Assembly (NCBI RefSeq): GCF_036365525.1
Contig: NW_027142279.1
Span: 620,001-684,000, forward strand
From: Heterodontus francisci
Lineage: Eukaryota
Length of the DNA stretch: 64,000 bases
Reading direction: 5' to 3'
Made by a program: the position numbers and the translations under genes. Positions 25,601-37,589 of this stretch are shown piece after piece; positions within the stretch are counted from its first letter, which is position 1; each line of letters begins with the position of its first letter. Under the pieces are notes generated by a model. The model was not told the origin of the DNA. It did not search any database and saw only the letters and a list, made by a program, of their open reading frames with translations.

Positions 25601-28600
25601 TGGCGGAACCCAAACTGACCATCACTGAACAGGTAATTGCTGAGCAAGTGCCGCTTGATAGCACTGTCAACGACACCTTCCATCATTTTACTGATGATAG
25701 AGAGTAGACTGATGGGACGGTAATTGGGTGGCTTGAACTTGCCCTGCTTTGACTTGTCCTGCTTTTTATGCACAGGACATGCCTGGGCAGTTTTCCACAT
25801 TGCAGGGTAGATGCCAGTGTTGTAGCTGTACTGGAACAGCTTGGCTAAGGATGCAACAAGTTCTGGAGCACAGGTCTTCAGTACTACTTCCGGGATATTG
25901 TCAGGGCCCATAGCCTTTGCAGTATCCAGTGCCTTCAGTCATTTCTTGATATCAAGCGGAGTGAATCGAATTGGCTGAAGACTGACATCTGTGATGCTGG
26001 GGATTGCAGGAGAAGGCCGAGATGGATCATCAACTCAGCACTTCTGGCTGAAGATTTTTGCAAATGCTTCAGCCTTATCTTTTGCACTGATGTGCTGGGC
26101 TCCCTGATCATTGAGGATGTGGATATTTGTGGGGCCACCTCCTCCAGTTAGTTGTTTAATTGTCTTCTGCCATTCACGACTGGATGTGGCAGGACAAGAA
26201 ATACTGGAATCACTCAGCGGGTCTGGCAGCATCTGTGGAAAGAGAAGCAAAGTTAACGTTTCGGGTCAGCGACCCTTCTTCGGAACTCATTTGATCCGTT
26301 GGTTATGGGATCGCTTAGCTCTGTCCATCGCATGCTAATTATGCTGTTTGGCATGCAGATAGTCCTGTGTTGTAGCTTCACCAGGCTGACACCTCATTTT
26401 GAGGTATGCCTTGTGCTGCACTTTGCATGCCCTCCTGCACTCTTCATGGAACCAGGTTCGGTCTCCTGGCTTGATGGTCATGATCGAGTGGGGGATATAC
26501 CGGACCATGAGGTTACAGATTGTAGTTGAGTACAATTCTGCTGCTGCTGTTGTTCCCACAGCACCTCATGGATGCCCATTGTTGTATTGCTAGACTTGTT
26601 TGAATCTATCCCATTTAGCATGGTGATAGTGCCACACAACACGATGGACGGTATCCTCAATGTGAAGGTGGGACTTTGGCTCCACAAGGACTGTGCGGTG
26701 GTCACTCCCACCAAGACTGTCATGGACAGATGGATATGTGGCAGGCAGATTGGTGAGGATGAAGTCAAGTATATTTTCTCCTCTTGTTGGTTCTGTCATC
26801 ACCTACCGCAGTCCCAGACTAGCAGCTTTGTCTTTTAGGACACGGCTAGCTCGGTAAGGAGTGGGCTGCAGTGACTGAGAGGAGTGGTCTGCAGAGACTG
26901 AGGGGAGTGGGATGTAGTGACTGAGCGAATGAGATGCGGTGACTAGGTGGAGTAGGATACAGTGAATGTGGGGAGTGGGATGTAGTGACTGAGGGGAGTG
27001 GGGTGGAGTGACAGGGGAGTGGGAGGTAGTGACTGAGGGGTGTGGGATGCAGTGATTGAGCGGAGTGGGAAGTAGCGACTGAGGGGAGTGGGATGCAGAG
27101 ACTGAGGGGAGTGGGATACAGTGACTGAGCGAATGAGATGCGGTGACTAGGTGGAGTAGGATACAGTGAATGTGGGGAGTGGGATGTAGTGACTGAGGGG
27201 AGTGGGATGTAGTGACTGAGGGGAGTGGGATGTAGTGACTGAGGAGAGTGGGGTGTAGTGACTGAGGAGAGTGGGGTGTAGTGACAGGGGAGTGGGAAGT
27301 AGCGACTGAGGGGAGTGGGATACAGAGACTGAGGGGAGTGGGATACAGTGACTGACGGGAGTGGGATGTAGTGACTAAGGGGAGTGGGATGCTGTAATTG
27401 AAGGAAGTGGGATGTAGTGACTACTGAGTGTGATGTGGTAACTGAGGGGAGTAGGATGTAGAGAAGCGGGGAGTGAGGTGCAGTGACTGAAGGGAATGGT
27501 ATAGAGTGATTCGGTGGAGTGGGTACAGTGACATAGAGAAGTGGGATGCAGTGATTGAGGGGAGTGGGATGCAGTAATTGAGGGGAGTGGGATGCAGCGA
27601 CTAAGGGGAGAGGGATGCAGTGACTGAGGGCAGTGAGATGTAGTGACTGAGGGGAGTGGGATGTAGTGACTGTGGGGAGTGGGATGTAGCGACTGATGGG
27701 AGTGGGTGCACTGACTGAGGGGAGTGGGTGCAGTGAGTGAGGGGAGTGGGATGCTGTAATTGAGGGAAGTGGGTGTAGTGACTGAGGGGAGTGGCATGCA
27801 GTGACTCAGGGGAGTGTGATTCAGTGACTGTGGGGATTGGGATACAGTGACTGTGGGGAGTGGGATACAGTGACTGAGGAGAGTGTGATACGGTAACTGA
27901 GGGGAGTGTGATCCCTTCCATTTATCATCACATCCTCCCCGGTTTCACTTGTCACTAGAACTTTTCCCAGTTCTGATGTAAGGTCACATATTAACATTAA
28001 ACATCTTTCTGTCACTCAGTCACAGACTCTGCACTCACTGACCCGTGTGTAAATCACACAGTCCTGGACCAGCCCTGGAGGAGCAGCGATTGTGATGTCA
28101 CTGGGTGCTCCGGTCAGGAGAAGTGTGATGATAATCTTGCTCAAGGATGGTACAGATTTAAAAGGTAATGTACATAGAACATAGAACATACAGCACAGAA
28201 CAGGCCCTTCGGCCCACAATGTTGTGCCGATCCTTTGTCCTCTGTCAAGGACAATTTAATCTATACCCCATCATTCTCCTTTATCCATATACCTATCCAA
28301 AAGGTAAAGGAACAATTTCAGGGTAATCTAGTCAATATGGGCAGAGTAAGGGATTTCCCCCAGTTTCTGGTACTATCTGCTGGTACCAGTCTCTCTAACA
28401 GTTAATATTTGCCATCAGTTCAGGGACTGACTCTGTGATTTTTGTTTCAGTTCTGGTGGATGGAAGATTCCGGAGACTGCTGTCCCAGATTTTCACTGCT
28501 CCACACATGTTACAGGCTGGTTAAATGGTAATTTCAGCCTTGAGAATATCAGATTTACATTCACTGTACAGCACTGTTCACATGGGTTACAGTCTTCAAT

Positions 28601-31600
28601 ATTTATAAACTCTCATTTCAGGTTCCCATCCCAGCGTGGGACAGGGGGAAGTAACACGGACAGTTTGTTTATCCTGGGGTAGAAAACACTGCGACAAGGT
28701 CCATGAGATAAAGATCAAAAACTGCAGCAGTTACTTCGTTTATGAGTTGAAGTCCTTGTTTTATTATGCTGCGTATTGTACAGGTACATTGATGCTTCTA
28801 TATCATCCAGAGGGTGATTCTGGGATGTCCCGTGTCACCCACAGAAATGAGACGGTTTACTCACTCCCCTCCTTATTGTCAGGGACACAGTGAATAACGG
28901 ATCTGAAACACAAAGTGTACTTCACTGAAACTCTAGGGAACTGAACCAGACTCTGCTGTCTCTGTCTATCAGGCACTCTGATCCCTGCAGTGTTCATGGC
29001 TCACGTCAGGTCCCCACTGCAGTGCTGGGCACCTCACACTCCCTCTCCAGGAAGCAATGTTCACGAGGAGTTGGATAGGATCTTCGAGGGTTTGATAAAG
29101 ATGAAAATCTGACACTGTCTGGACTACAGAACTAAATAAACGAGCTCTTCGGGTTTTCTCCACTCTGCCCTCTTCCTTTATTACAGATCCAGAGACTGTC
29201 GCAACTGAGGAACCCGAGGAACAAACAACTCGAGAATCCACTAGGGGATCATCGTCTACCCCAGCGGTGTCTGGAACATCAGGTATCCCCCTTGTGGGGT
29301 GCATTCGAAACAGATTCCACACCCAATGTTGCACCATAGAAGATCAGTCCTCGAGATCATCCAGTCTCTTACTGAGGGAAGTGGGATGGAGTGACTGCGG
29401 GAAGTGGAAGGGAGTGAATGAGGGAAGTTGGATGGAGTGACTGAGGGGAGTGGGATGGGGTGACTGAGGGAAGTGGGATGGAGTGACTGAGGTGAGTGGG
29501 ATGGGGTGACTGAGGGGAGAGGGATGTGGTGACTGAGGGGACTGGGATGGAGTGACTAAGGAGAGTGGGATGATGTAATTGAGGGGAGTGGAATACATAG
29601 ACTGAGGGGAGTGGGATGTAGTGACTGAGGGGAGTGGGATGTAGTGACTGAGAGGAGTGGGATGCACTGACTGAGGGGAGTGGGATGCAGTGACGGAGGG
29701 GAATGGGATGCAGTGGACTGAGGGCAGTGGGATGCAGTAATTGAGGGGAGTGGGATGTAGTGACGGAAGGGAGTGGGATGCAGAGGCTGAGGGGATTGGG
29801 ATGCAGTGACTGGGGAGTGGAATGCACTGATTGAGGGGTGTGGGATGCAGTGACTGAGGGGAGTGGGATGCAGTGACTGAGGGGAGTGGGATGCACTGAT
29901 TGAGGGGAGTGGGATGCAGTGACTGAGAGGAGTGGGATGCAGTGGCTGAGAGGAGTGGGATGGGGTGACTGAGGGGAGTGGGATGTGGTGACTGAGGGGA
30001 GTGGGATGTGGTGATTGAGGGGAGTGGGATGCAGTGACTGAGGGGAGTGGGATGCAGTGACTGAGGGGAGTGGGATGATGTAATTGAGCGGAGTGGGATG
30101 CAGTAATTGAGGGAAGTGGGATGTAGAGACTGAGTGGAGTGGAATGCACTGATTGAGGGGTGTGGGATGCACCGATTGAGGGGAGTGGGATGCAGTGCCT
30201 GAGAGGAGTGGGATGCAGTGGCTGAGGGGAGCGGGTTGCAGTGACTGAGAGGAGTGGGATGCACTGATTGAGGGGAGAGGGATGCAGTGACTGAGAGGAG
30301 TAGGATGCAGTGGCTGAGGGGTGTGGGTTGCAGTGACTGAGGGGAGTGGGATGGGGTGACTGAGGGGAGTGGGATGTGGTGACTGAGGAGAGTGGGATGC
30401 AGTGACTGAGAGGAATGGGATGGAGGGACTGAGGGGAGTGGCATGATGTAATTGAGGGGAGTGGGATGCAGTGATTGAGGGGAGTGGGATGATGTAATTG
30501 AGTGGTGTGGGATGTCGTGACATGGGCAGTGCGATGCATGGACTGAGTGGAGTGGGATGCAGTGACTGAGGGAAGTGGGATGCAGTGACTGAGGGGTGTG
30601 AGATTTAGAGACTTAGGGGAGTGGGATGTAGAGACTGTGGGGAGTTGAATGTGGTGACTGAGGGCAGTGGGATGGGGTGACTGAGGGGAGTGGGATGTAG
30701 TGACTGAGGGGAGTGGGATGCAGTGACTGAGGGGAGTTAGATGCAGTGACTGAGGGGAGTGGGATGATGTAATTAAGGGGAGTGGGATAAGTGACTGAGG
30801 GGAGTGGGATGCATTGACTAAGGGGACTGGGAAGTAATGATTGAGGGCAGTGGGAAGAAGTGATTAGGGGAGTGGCATGTAGTGGGTGAAGGGATTGGGA
30901 AGTAGTGAGTGAGGGGAGTGGCATGTAGTGAGTGAGGGGAGTGGGATGTAGAGACTGAGAGGAGTGGGATGCAGTGACTGAGGGGAGTGGGATGTAATGA
31001 CTGAGGGGAGTGCGATGTTGAGACTGAGGGGAGTGGGATGTACTGGCTGAGGGGAGTGGGATGTAGTGACTGAGGGGAGTGGGATGCAGTGACTGAGGGG
31101 AGTGGGATGTAATGACTGAGGGGAGTGCGATGTTGAGACTGAGGGGAGTGGGATGTAGAAACTGAGGGGAGTGCGATGTAGAGACTGAGGGGAGTGGGAT
31201 GTAGTGGCTGAGGGGAGTGGGATGTAGTGACTGAGGGGAGTTGGATGCCGTGACTGAGGGGAGTGGGATGGAGAGACTGAGAGGATTGGGATGTAGTGAA
31301 TGAGGGGAGTTGGATGCCGTGAATGAGGGGAATGGGATGTAGAGACTGAAGGGAGTGCGATGTAGAGACTGAGGGGAGTTGGATGCCGTGACCGAGGGGA
31401 GTGAGATGTAGAGACTGAGAGGAGTGGGATGAGGTGACTGAGGGGAGTGAGATACAGCGTCTGAGGGTAGTATGATACAGTGACTGAGGGGTGTGATACA
31501 GTCACTCAGGGAGTGTGATACAGTGACTGAGGGGAGTGTGATACATTGTCTGAGGGTAGTATGATGCAGTCACTGAGGGGTGTGTGATACAGTCACTCAG

Positions 31601-34600
31601 GGAGTGTGATACAGTGACTGAGGGGAGTGTGATACAGTGTCTGAGGGTAGTATGATGCAGTCACTGAGGGGAGTGTGATGCAGCGACCGAGGGTAGTGTG
31701 ATACAGTGTCTGAGGGGGATGTGATACAGTGACAGAGGGTAGTGTGATACAGTGACTCAGGGAGTGTGATACTGTGACTGAGGGGAGTGTGATACAGTTA
31801 CGGAGGGGGGAGTGATACACTGACTGAGGTGAGTGGGACACAGTGACTGAAGGGAGTGTGATACAGTGACTGAGGGTAGTATGATACAGTCACTGAGGGG
31901 AGTGTGATACAGTGTCTGGGGTTAGTATGATACAGTCACTGAGGGGATGTGATGCAGCGACTGAGGGTAGTGTGATACAGAGTCTGAGGGGGATGTGATA
32001 CAGTGACTGAGCGTAGTGTGATACAGAGTCTGAGGGGGATGTGATACAGTGACTGAGGGTAGTGTGATACAATGACAGAGGAAGTGTGATACAGTGACAG
32101 AGGGGAGTGTGATGCAGTGTGTGAGGGGAGTGTGATGCAGTGACTGAGGGGAGCATGATACAGTGACTGAGGGGTGTGTGATACAGTCACTCAGGGAGTG
32201 TGATACAGTGACTGAGGGGAGTGTGATACAGTTACGGAGGGGAGTGTGATACACTGACTGAGGGGAGTGGGATACAGTGACTGAAGGGAGTGTGATACAG
32301 TGACTGAGGGGTGTGGGATGCAGTGACTGAGGGGAGTAGGATACAGTCAGTGAGGGGAGTGGGATGCAGCGACTGAGGGTAGTGTGATATAGTGAGTGAG
32401 GGGAGTGCGATACAGTGTCTGAGGGGAGTGTGATACACTGACTGAGGGGAGTGGGATACAGTGACTGAAGGGAGTGTGATACAGTGACTGAGGGGACTGC
32501 GATACAGTGTCTGAGGGGAGTGTGAGACACTGTCTGAGGGGAGTGGGATACAGTGACTGAGGGGAGTGTGATACACTGTCTGAGGGGAGTGTGAGACACT
32601 GTCTCAGGGGAGTGGGATACGGTGAACTGAAGGGTGTGTGATACAGTGACTGGGGGAGTGTGATACAGTGACTGAGTAGAGTGTGATACACTGTCTGAGG
32701 GGAGTGGAATGCAGTGACTGAAGGGAATATAATGCAGTGACTGAGGGGATTGTGATACAGTGAGCTGAAGGGAGTGCGATGCAGCGACTGAGGAGAGTGT
32801 GATACAGCGACTGACGGGAGTGGGATAAAGTGACTGAGGGGAATGTGATAAAGTGACTGAGGTGAGTGTAATGCAGTGACTGAGGTGACTGTGATAGAGA
32901 CTGAGGGCAGCATGATGCTCAAACTCAGGAATCCGAGGAACAATCGACTAGAGAATCTACTGAGGTTTCATCCACTACCCACCGGGCTCTCGAAGCTGAG
33001 GTATCTGCTTTGTGGGGTTATCATCGCAGAATCATGGAATCAAAGACTGGTTACGGCACAGAAAGTTTCTGTTCAGCCCATCTACACCCTGCCAGCTCTC
33101 TGGCAGTGCAACTCACCTACTCCCACTCCTGCCATTTTCCTGTCGCGCTGCAGATTGTTTCTGCCATGACAATTATCCAATTCCCTTTTGAAAGCCTCAA
33201 TTAAACCTGCCTCCAGCACACAGGGGCGGCACAGTGGCACAGTGGTTAGCACTGCAGCCTCACAGCTCCAGCGACCCGGGATCAATTCTGGGTACTGCCT
33301 GTGTGGAGTTTGCAAGTTCTCCCTGTGTCTGCGTGGGTTTTCTCCGGGTGCTCCGGTTTCCTCCCACAAGCCAAAAGACTTGCAGGTTGGTAGGTAAATT
33401 GGCCATTATAAATTGCCACGAGTATAGGTAGGTGGTAGGGAAATATAGGGACAGGTGGGGATGATTGGTAGGAATATGGGATTAGTGTAGGATTAGTATA
33501 AATGGGTGGTTGATGGTCGGCACAGACTCGGTGGGCCGAAGGGCCTGTTTCAGTGCTGTATTTCTAAACTAAACTCTCATGCAGTGCATTTCAGATCCTA
33601 ACTACTCACTGTGTGAAAAGGTTTCCCTGTCTCTGTTGTGACTTTTACCACTCACCTAAACCCGTTGCTCTCTAGTTCTGAAACAAAAACAAGAAATGCT
33701 GGATTCACTAAGCAGGTCTGGCAGCATCTGTGGAAAGAGAAGCAGAGTTAACGTTTCGGGTCAGTGACCCTTCTTCGGAACTGTCTAGTTCTGGATCCTC
33801 CCACCAAGAGGAACAGTTTTTCCCTGACTACTCTGTCCAGTTCCCTCTTGATTATGAACATCTTGATCAAATCTCCTCTTAATCTTCTCTTCTCCACGGA
33901 GAACAGCCCCAGCTTCTCCGATCTATTCATGTCACTGACGTCCCTCATCCCGGGAACCATTCTGGTAAATCTTCTCTGCACCCTCTCAAATACCTTAACA
34001 TCCTTCCTAAGTATTGACCGCTCTCTCGACCTGTCTTGCCACCTTCAATGATTTGTGCACATGTTCCCCCCAGGTCCCTCTGCCCCTGCATCTCCTTTAG
34101 AATTGTATCCTTTATTTTATATTGCCTCTCGTTCGTCCGACCAAAATGAATCACTTCACAATTCTCTGTGATAAATTTCATTTGCCAGTGTCTGCCCATC
34201 CCACCAGCCTGTCTATGACCTCCTGACGTCTATCACTGTCCTCCTCACAGTTCACAATACAACCAGGTTTTGTGTCATCTGCAGAATTTGAAAGTGTGCC
34301 CTGTACGCCCCAGTCTATGTCATTAATATACATCAGGAAAAACAGTGGTCTGAGCAATATTAGAGAGCAAAGCACAGATGCACAGAGAATTAGGAGGGAC
34401 AGATAACACTGGAGTCGATAAGAGTATCGTATTAGACGGGGGCAGTGGAAGAGGAAAGGAGATAAGCTGTAAATTCAGTTTAATGTGTGTGTATATGGAT
34501 GCACGGACAGTGGTAAATAAGGTTGTTGAGCTTCAGGCGCAGATAGCCACGTGGAAATATGATGTTGTGGCAATAACAAGGTCCTGGCTCTAAGTGGGGC

Positions 34601-36924
34601 AGGACTGTGTAGTGAATATTCCTGACTACAAGGTGTTCAGGAAAGAGAGGGGAGGAAGGAAAGGAGGAGGGGTATCAGTATTGATTAAGGGGAACATTAC
34701 AGTGCTGTTTTCTTTTCTCTCTCTTGTTCTCACTCATTCCAGATCTCCCTCACTCTTTTCTGTCTCACTCCTGTCGCCTACCCTCCTTTTCTCTCATTCC
34801 TGCTCTCTGTTGTTCTCTGACTCCACTTTCCCCCTGTCGTTTCGCTGATCACTTTGATAATCTCCTAAGTTTTCTCTGTTAGTTTTTGTTTCTTGTCGGA
34901 GTAGTAACTGATTCTGCAGCCGATGATACCTTGTGTCTCCCCTCAGTAAAGGCTGGTATACATTGATTCAGTGTGTCGAGGGAGTTAGATTACATACGAG
35001 AGGAGGTTCTGTGTTAAAACACTTCTGTCCACTCATCCAGCGTTCTGAATCCCAGTGAAATTCCTCTTGTCTTTATTTGACCCTCTCAGACTCGGGGATT
35101 CCGTCTACTCCCGAGGAACCTCCCGACTCCCAGCCTGTTTCGAATGACGGTGGAAACATTTCAGATTCTCCACATTTCAGGAATATTAAATCCCTCCTCC
35201 TGTCTCAGTCTGGCACAAATATATCAGGACCGAGGGCCTCCAAACAGCTGTGTGATCGTTCTGTGTAGGAAAACCCATCGTTCTCACTCTCTCTCTCTGC
35301 CTTGTCTGTGCTGTCAGACAAGAGTTGCAGTCACTTGTGTTCAGTCTGAGTGGAATCATTGGGAAACTAAGAAACGTAAACGTTCAGAAATTCCTTCAGA
35401 AATATCTTTGAGCTTCTATCTCACATCCCTCTCTCTGTAACTCTCAGTTTTATCTCTGTCTCTCTGTTTCTCCTTTATCTGCCTTTCACACGCATATATA
35501 AATATATTTAATTTCTGTAACCGCCTCTCTCCGATGTGGGTCTCAGTTTCTCCAGCTCCCTCTTTCGCCTCACTCTGTCTCCCACTCTCTCTGATGTTCT
35601 GTCTCCCTGTCTGTCTCTCTGACTCTCACTTTCTCTCTCTCTGTCTCTCTCACAGATGCTCTTTGTCTGTCTCTCTGTCTTTGTCTTTGTCAGAGGGACA
35701 GAGAGCATCAGAGAGAGAGAGAGAGTGAGAGTGATCGATAGAGACAGAGAAAAGGGCAGTGAGACCGGAGTAAACACGGAATGCAAATGATCTAGGGAGA
35801 TGGAACAAGAGGCAACAGAGAAGAGAGTGCAGGATAGAGGATGATAACAAAGGGAGGTCAGATTAGAGACAAGACGAGTTGAGATAGAGAGAATAACAGA
35901 GACAGATGAACAAACTAGTGGATGACAAACTGGAGGAAAGAGAGTTTAAATTAGAGAGGAGAGATCATTCGAAACACGTCCCGTGCCCTGTGCTAAACTC
36001 TGGGTGTGTTCAACCTGTTGATGTTGTGACTGTTGTGTTTAGATACCAAATACAAGAGGATTAATGTGAAGATCACTTCAATGACTGATCTGGATGATGA
36101 AACTGCAAAGAGAATCGTTGTGGAGAGGGTGAGAGACTGCACTGTACTGAGGAGAAACACGGGAGACAACAGATCCTCCCTCTCACTGTCTGTATTCACT
36201 GAATGGGAACTCCAGATCATTATTTAAACAGCTCTAGTTCCCCCTCTGCTTATCTTCTGGTCCCCCAGATCAGGCTTGTGAGGGGTTGAATGGGCTTCCT
36301 CCTGAGCCTGTGTGAAAGGCTCGAGAGGGGGTGAGGGGGCTGAATGGTCTTCTCCTGTTCCCGTGTAAGAACTCGAATGAGGGGCTGAATGGCCTCCTCC
36401 TGTTCCTGTGTAACAGACTCGAGGGGATGAATGGCCTCCTCGTTGTACGGTAACCTCTCTCTGATCTTCCCTCTCACTCTCCCCATTCTCTCTTTATGTC
36501 CTTTCTATCTCTGTCTCTTTCTCTGCCTCGCTCACCCACTCTGTATTTCTCTTTCTTTGTCTTTCTTTCTGTCTGTGTCTGTCCCTCACTGCATCTCTGA
36601 CGACCTCTCGCTCTCACGCCCTCTGTTTCTCTACCTCTGTCTCAATCCCTGTAGCTCTCCCACCCTCCCTCTCCATCTCTCCCTCTATCTGAGTATCTTT
36701 GCCTCACCCTGTCTCTCACTGTCTTGTCCCCACCCTCTCTCCCGATCTCTGTCTGTATGCTCTCTGTCTATTTCTATTCACTCCTCCCCTTGCAGTAATA
36801 CTCATCGTTTCTCCTCTCTGTGATGCAGATGAAGCACATGTTCCAGGATCAGTGTCCACACACGAAGCTCGAATTGGATCCAGAAGACGTTCAGTGCTCG
36901 GCTAGTGAGCCTGTGGAAGTGTGA
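22621..36924 (+). CDS. Secreted UMOD/GP2/OIT3-like protein: signal peptide, two D8C/D10C domains, S/T/E-rich stalk, short C-terminal domain, no ZP (~380 aa). Coding exons 22621-22654, 24584-24728, 24881-24957, 25052-25216, 28020-28164, 28451-28527, 28622-28783, 29187-29282, 35090-35149, 36043-36128, 36829-36924
   Basis: All exons are bounded by AG/GT with compatible phases, total 1143 nt and stay open to TGA. DPCVNHTVLDQPWRS...CD...GWYRF...WLxGSHP...TVC...C...IKNC...YFVYEL...YCT is the D8C/D10C signature. The donor at 35150 (GTGGAA) is weak, so the last three exons are less certain. Confidence 0.78.
22730..24190. mobile_element. L2-type LINE remnants (intronic, both orientations)
   Basis: LILLELSAVFDTIHH...LGGTALAYFHS on minus; ctacactggctcccgg...ctccttaaaacctacctatttgac 3' end on plus. 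Confidence 0.65.
24584..25216 (+). CDS. D10C domain copy 1 (three exons)
   Basis: DPCVNHTVLDQPWRSIDCDVTVGSGQEKCDDNLAQGWYRFK/SSGGWKIPDTVVPDFHCSTRATGWLQ/GSHPSVGQGEVTRTVCFNKAGNRCHWTQEIKIKNCSSYFVYELKPPPDCNAAYCT. Confidence 0.9.
25540..26850 (-). mobile_element. Non-LTR retrotransposon endonuclease/RT fragment (intronic)
   Basis: GPDNIPEVVLKTCAPEL...NYRPISLLSIISK...QFGFRQGHS; EPTRGENILDFILTN...SDH. Confidence 0.9.
26860..27912. repeat. G-rich 23-bp minisatellite (gtgactgaggggagtgggatgca), intronic
   Basis: Tandem repetition. Confidence 0.95.
28020..28783 (+). CDS. D10C domain copy 2 (three exons)
   Basis: DPCVNHTVLDQPWRSSDCDVTGCSGQEKCDDNLAQGWYRFK/SSGGWKIPETAVPDFHCSTHVTGWLN/GSHPSVGQGEVTRTVCLSWGRKHCDKVHEIKIKNCSSYFVYELKSLFYYAAYCT. 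Confidence 0.9.
28173..28280 (-). mobile_element. Short CR1 3'-tail insertion just after the exon donor of D10C copy 2
   Basis: (catagaa)n...caggcccttcggcccaca; absent from the paralogous intron at 24733. Confidence 0.75.
29370..32910. repeat. 3.5-kb G-rich 23-bp minisatellite with two sub-variants
   Basis: gggatgcag/gggatgtag units to ~31440, then gtgatacag units. Confidence 0.95.
33223..33575 (+). mobile_element. HE1/V-SINE, near full length, nested in a CR1 remnant
   Basis: ggggcggcacagtggcacagtggttagc head, conserved core, taaactaaac tail. Confidence 0.9.
33780..34705. mobile_element. CR1 LINE fragments (minus-strand RT; plus-strand endonuclease start)
   Basis: QRRFTRMVPGM and PLFFLMYINDID on minus; DARTVVNKVVEL...YDVVAIT on plus. 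Confidence 0.8.
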
Positions 36925-37589
36925 AGGAGTTTGGACATGTCAACAAGCATCCGACACGTGTGATCCAGTCTCTGTGTGTTTTACATCCTCACTCAATCAC
37001 TGTACCATCTTATCTTCACCTTGTTTAACTCAAGGAAATTGTCAGCAAAGGGTTAATCTCCGGCTAGAAGTATGCTAATGTTAAACTGTAATTGGTGTGT
37101 CTTTATACTGCAGGGGTGTGGGAGCTTTAAACTATTGCTTTGTTAAATAGAGAAGTACCATCCCATTTGTATACAGTGACCACTGGTCAGCTGAACCCAG
37201 ACTAACCTGACAGCTCTGGCCAGTTTCAGGATGAAGTGATCTCAGGTTTAATGAGGGAGTTTCTTTAAAGATCTACCATTGAGTAGAGGTCCCTAAGCTT
37301 CATGGAGCTGTCAGCACTGAGAATTGGGGCAAGGAAAACAGTTCGTCCTTGTCCAAGGAGAACCTCAGGGGAGATAACATCTCCCAAATTGAGGGTTCAT
37401 GCAGAATGGGGGATCGGTTGATGCTGAACTTTGCAGAATCAAAATATATTGAAAAGGAAAGATTTCATTGAGTACAAAGCATTTATGTGTGGCATATGTC
37501 AAATGTTTAATAACAAAGGAAGGGAGTTATACTGAGCTCAGGAACCTAATGTCGACAACACTCCATCTCAATAACACCTCTGTGAATGC

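Noticed and set aside
29344-32943. Long His/Pro/Ser-rich mucin-like ORFs on the minus strand
   Set aside because: Open in all three minus frames because the 23-bp satellite lacks stops on that strand; antisense within an intron.
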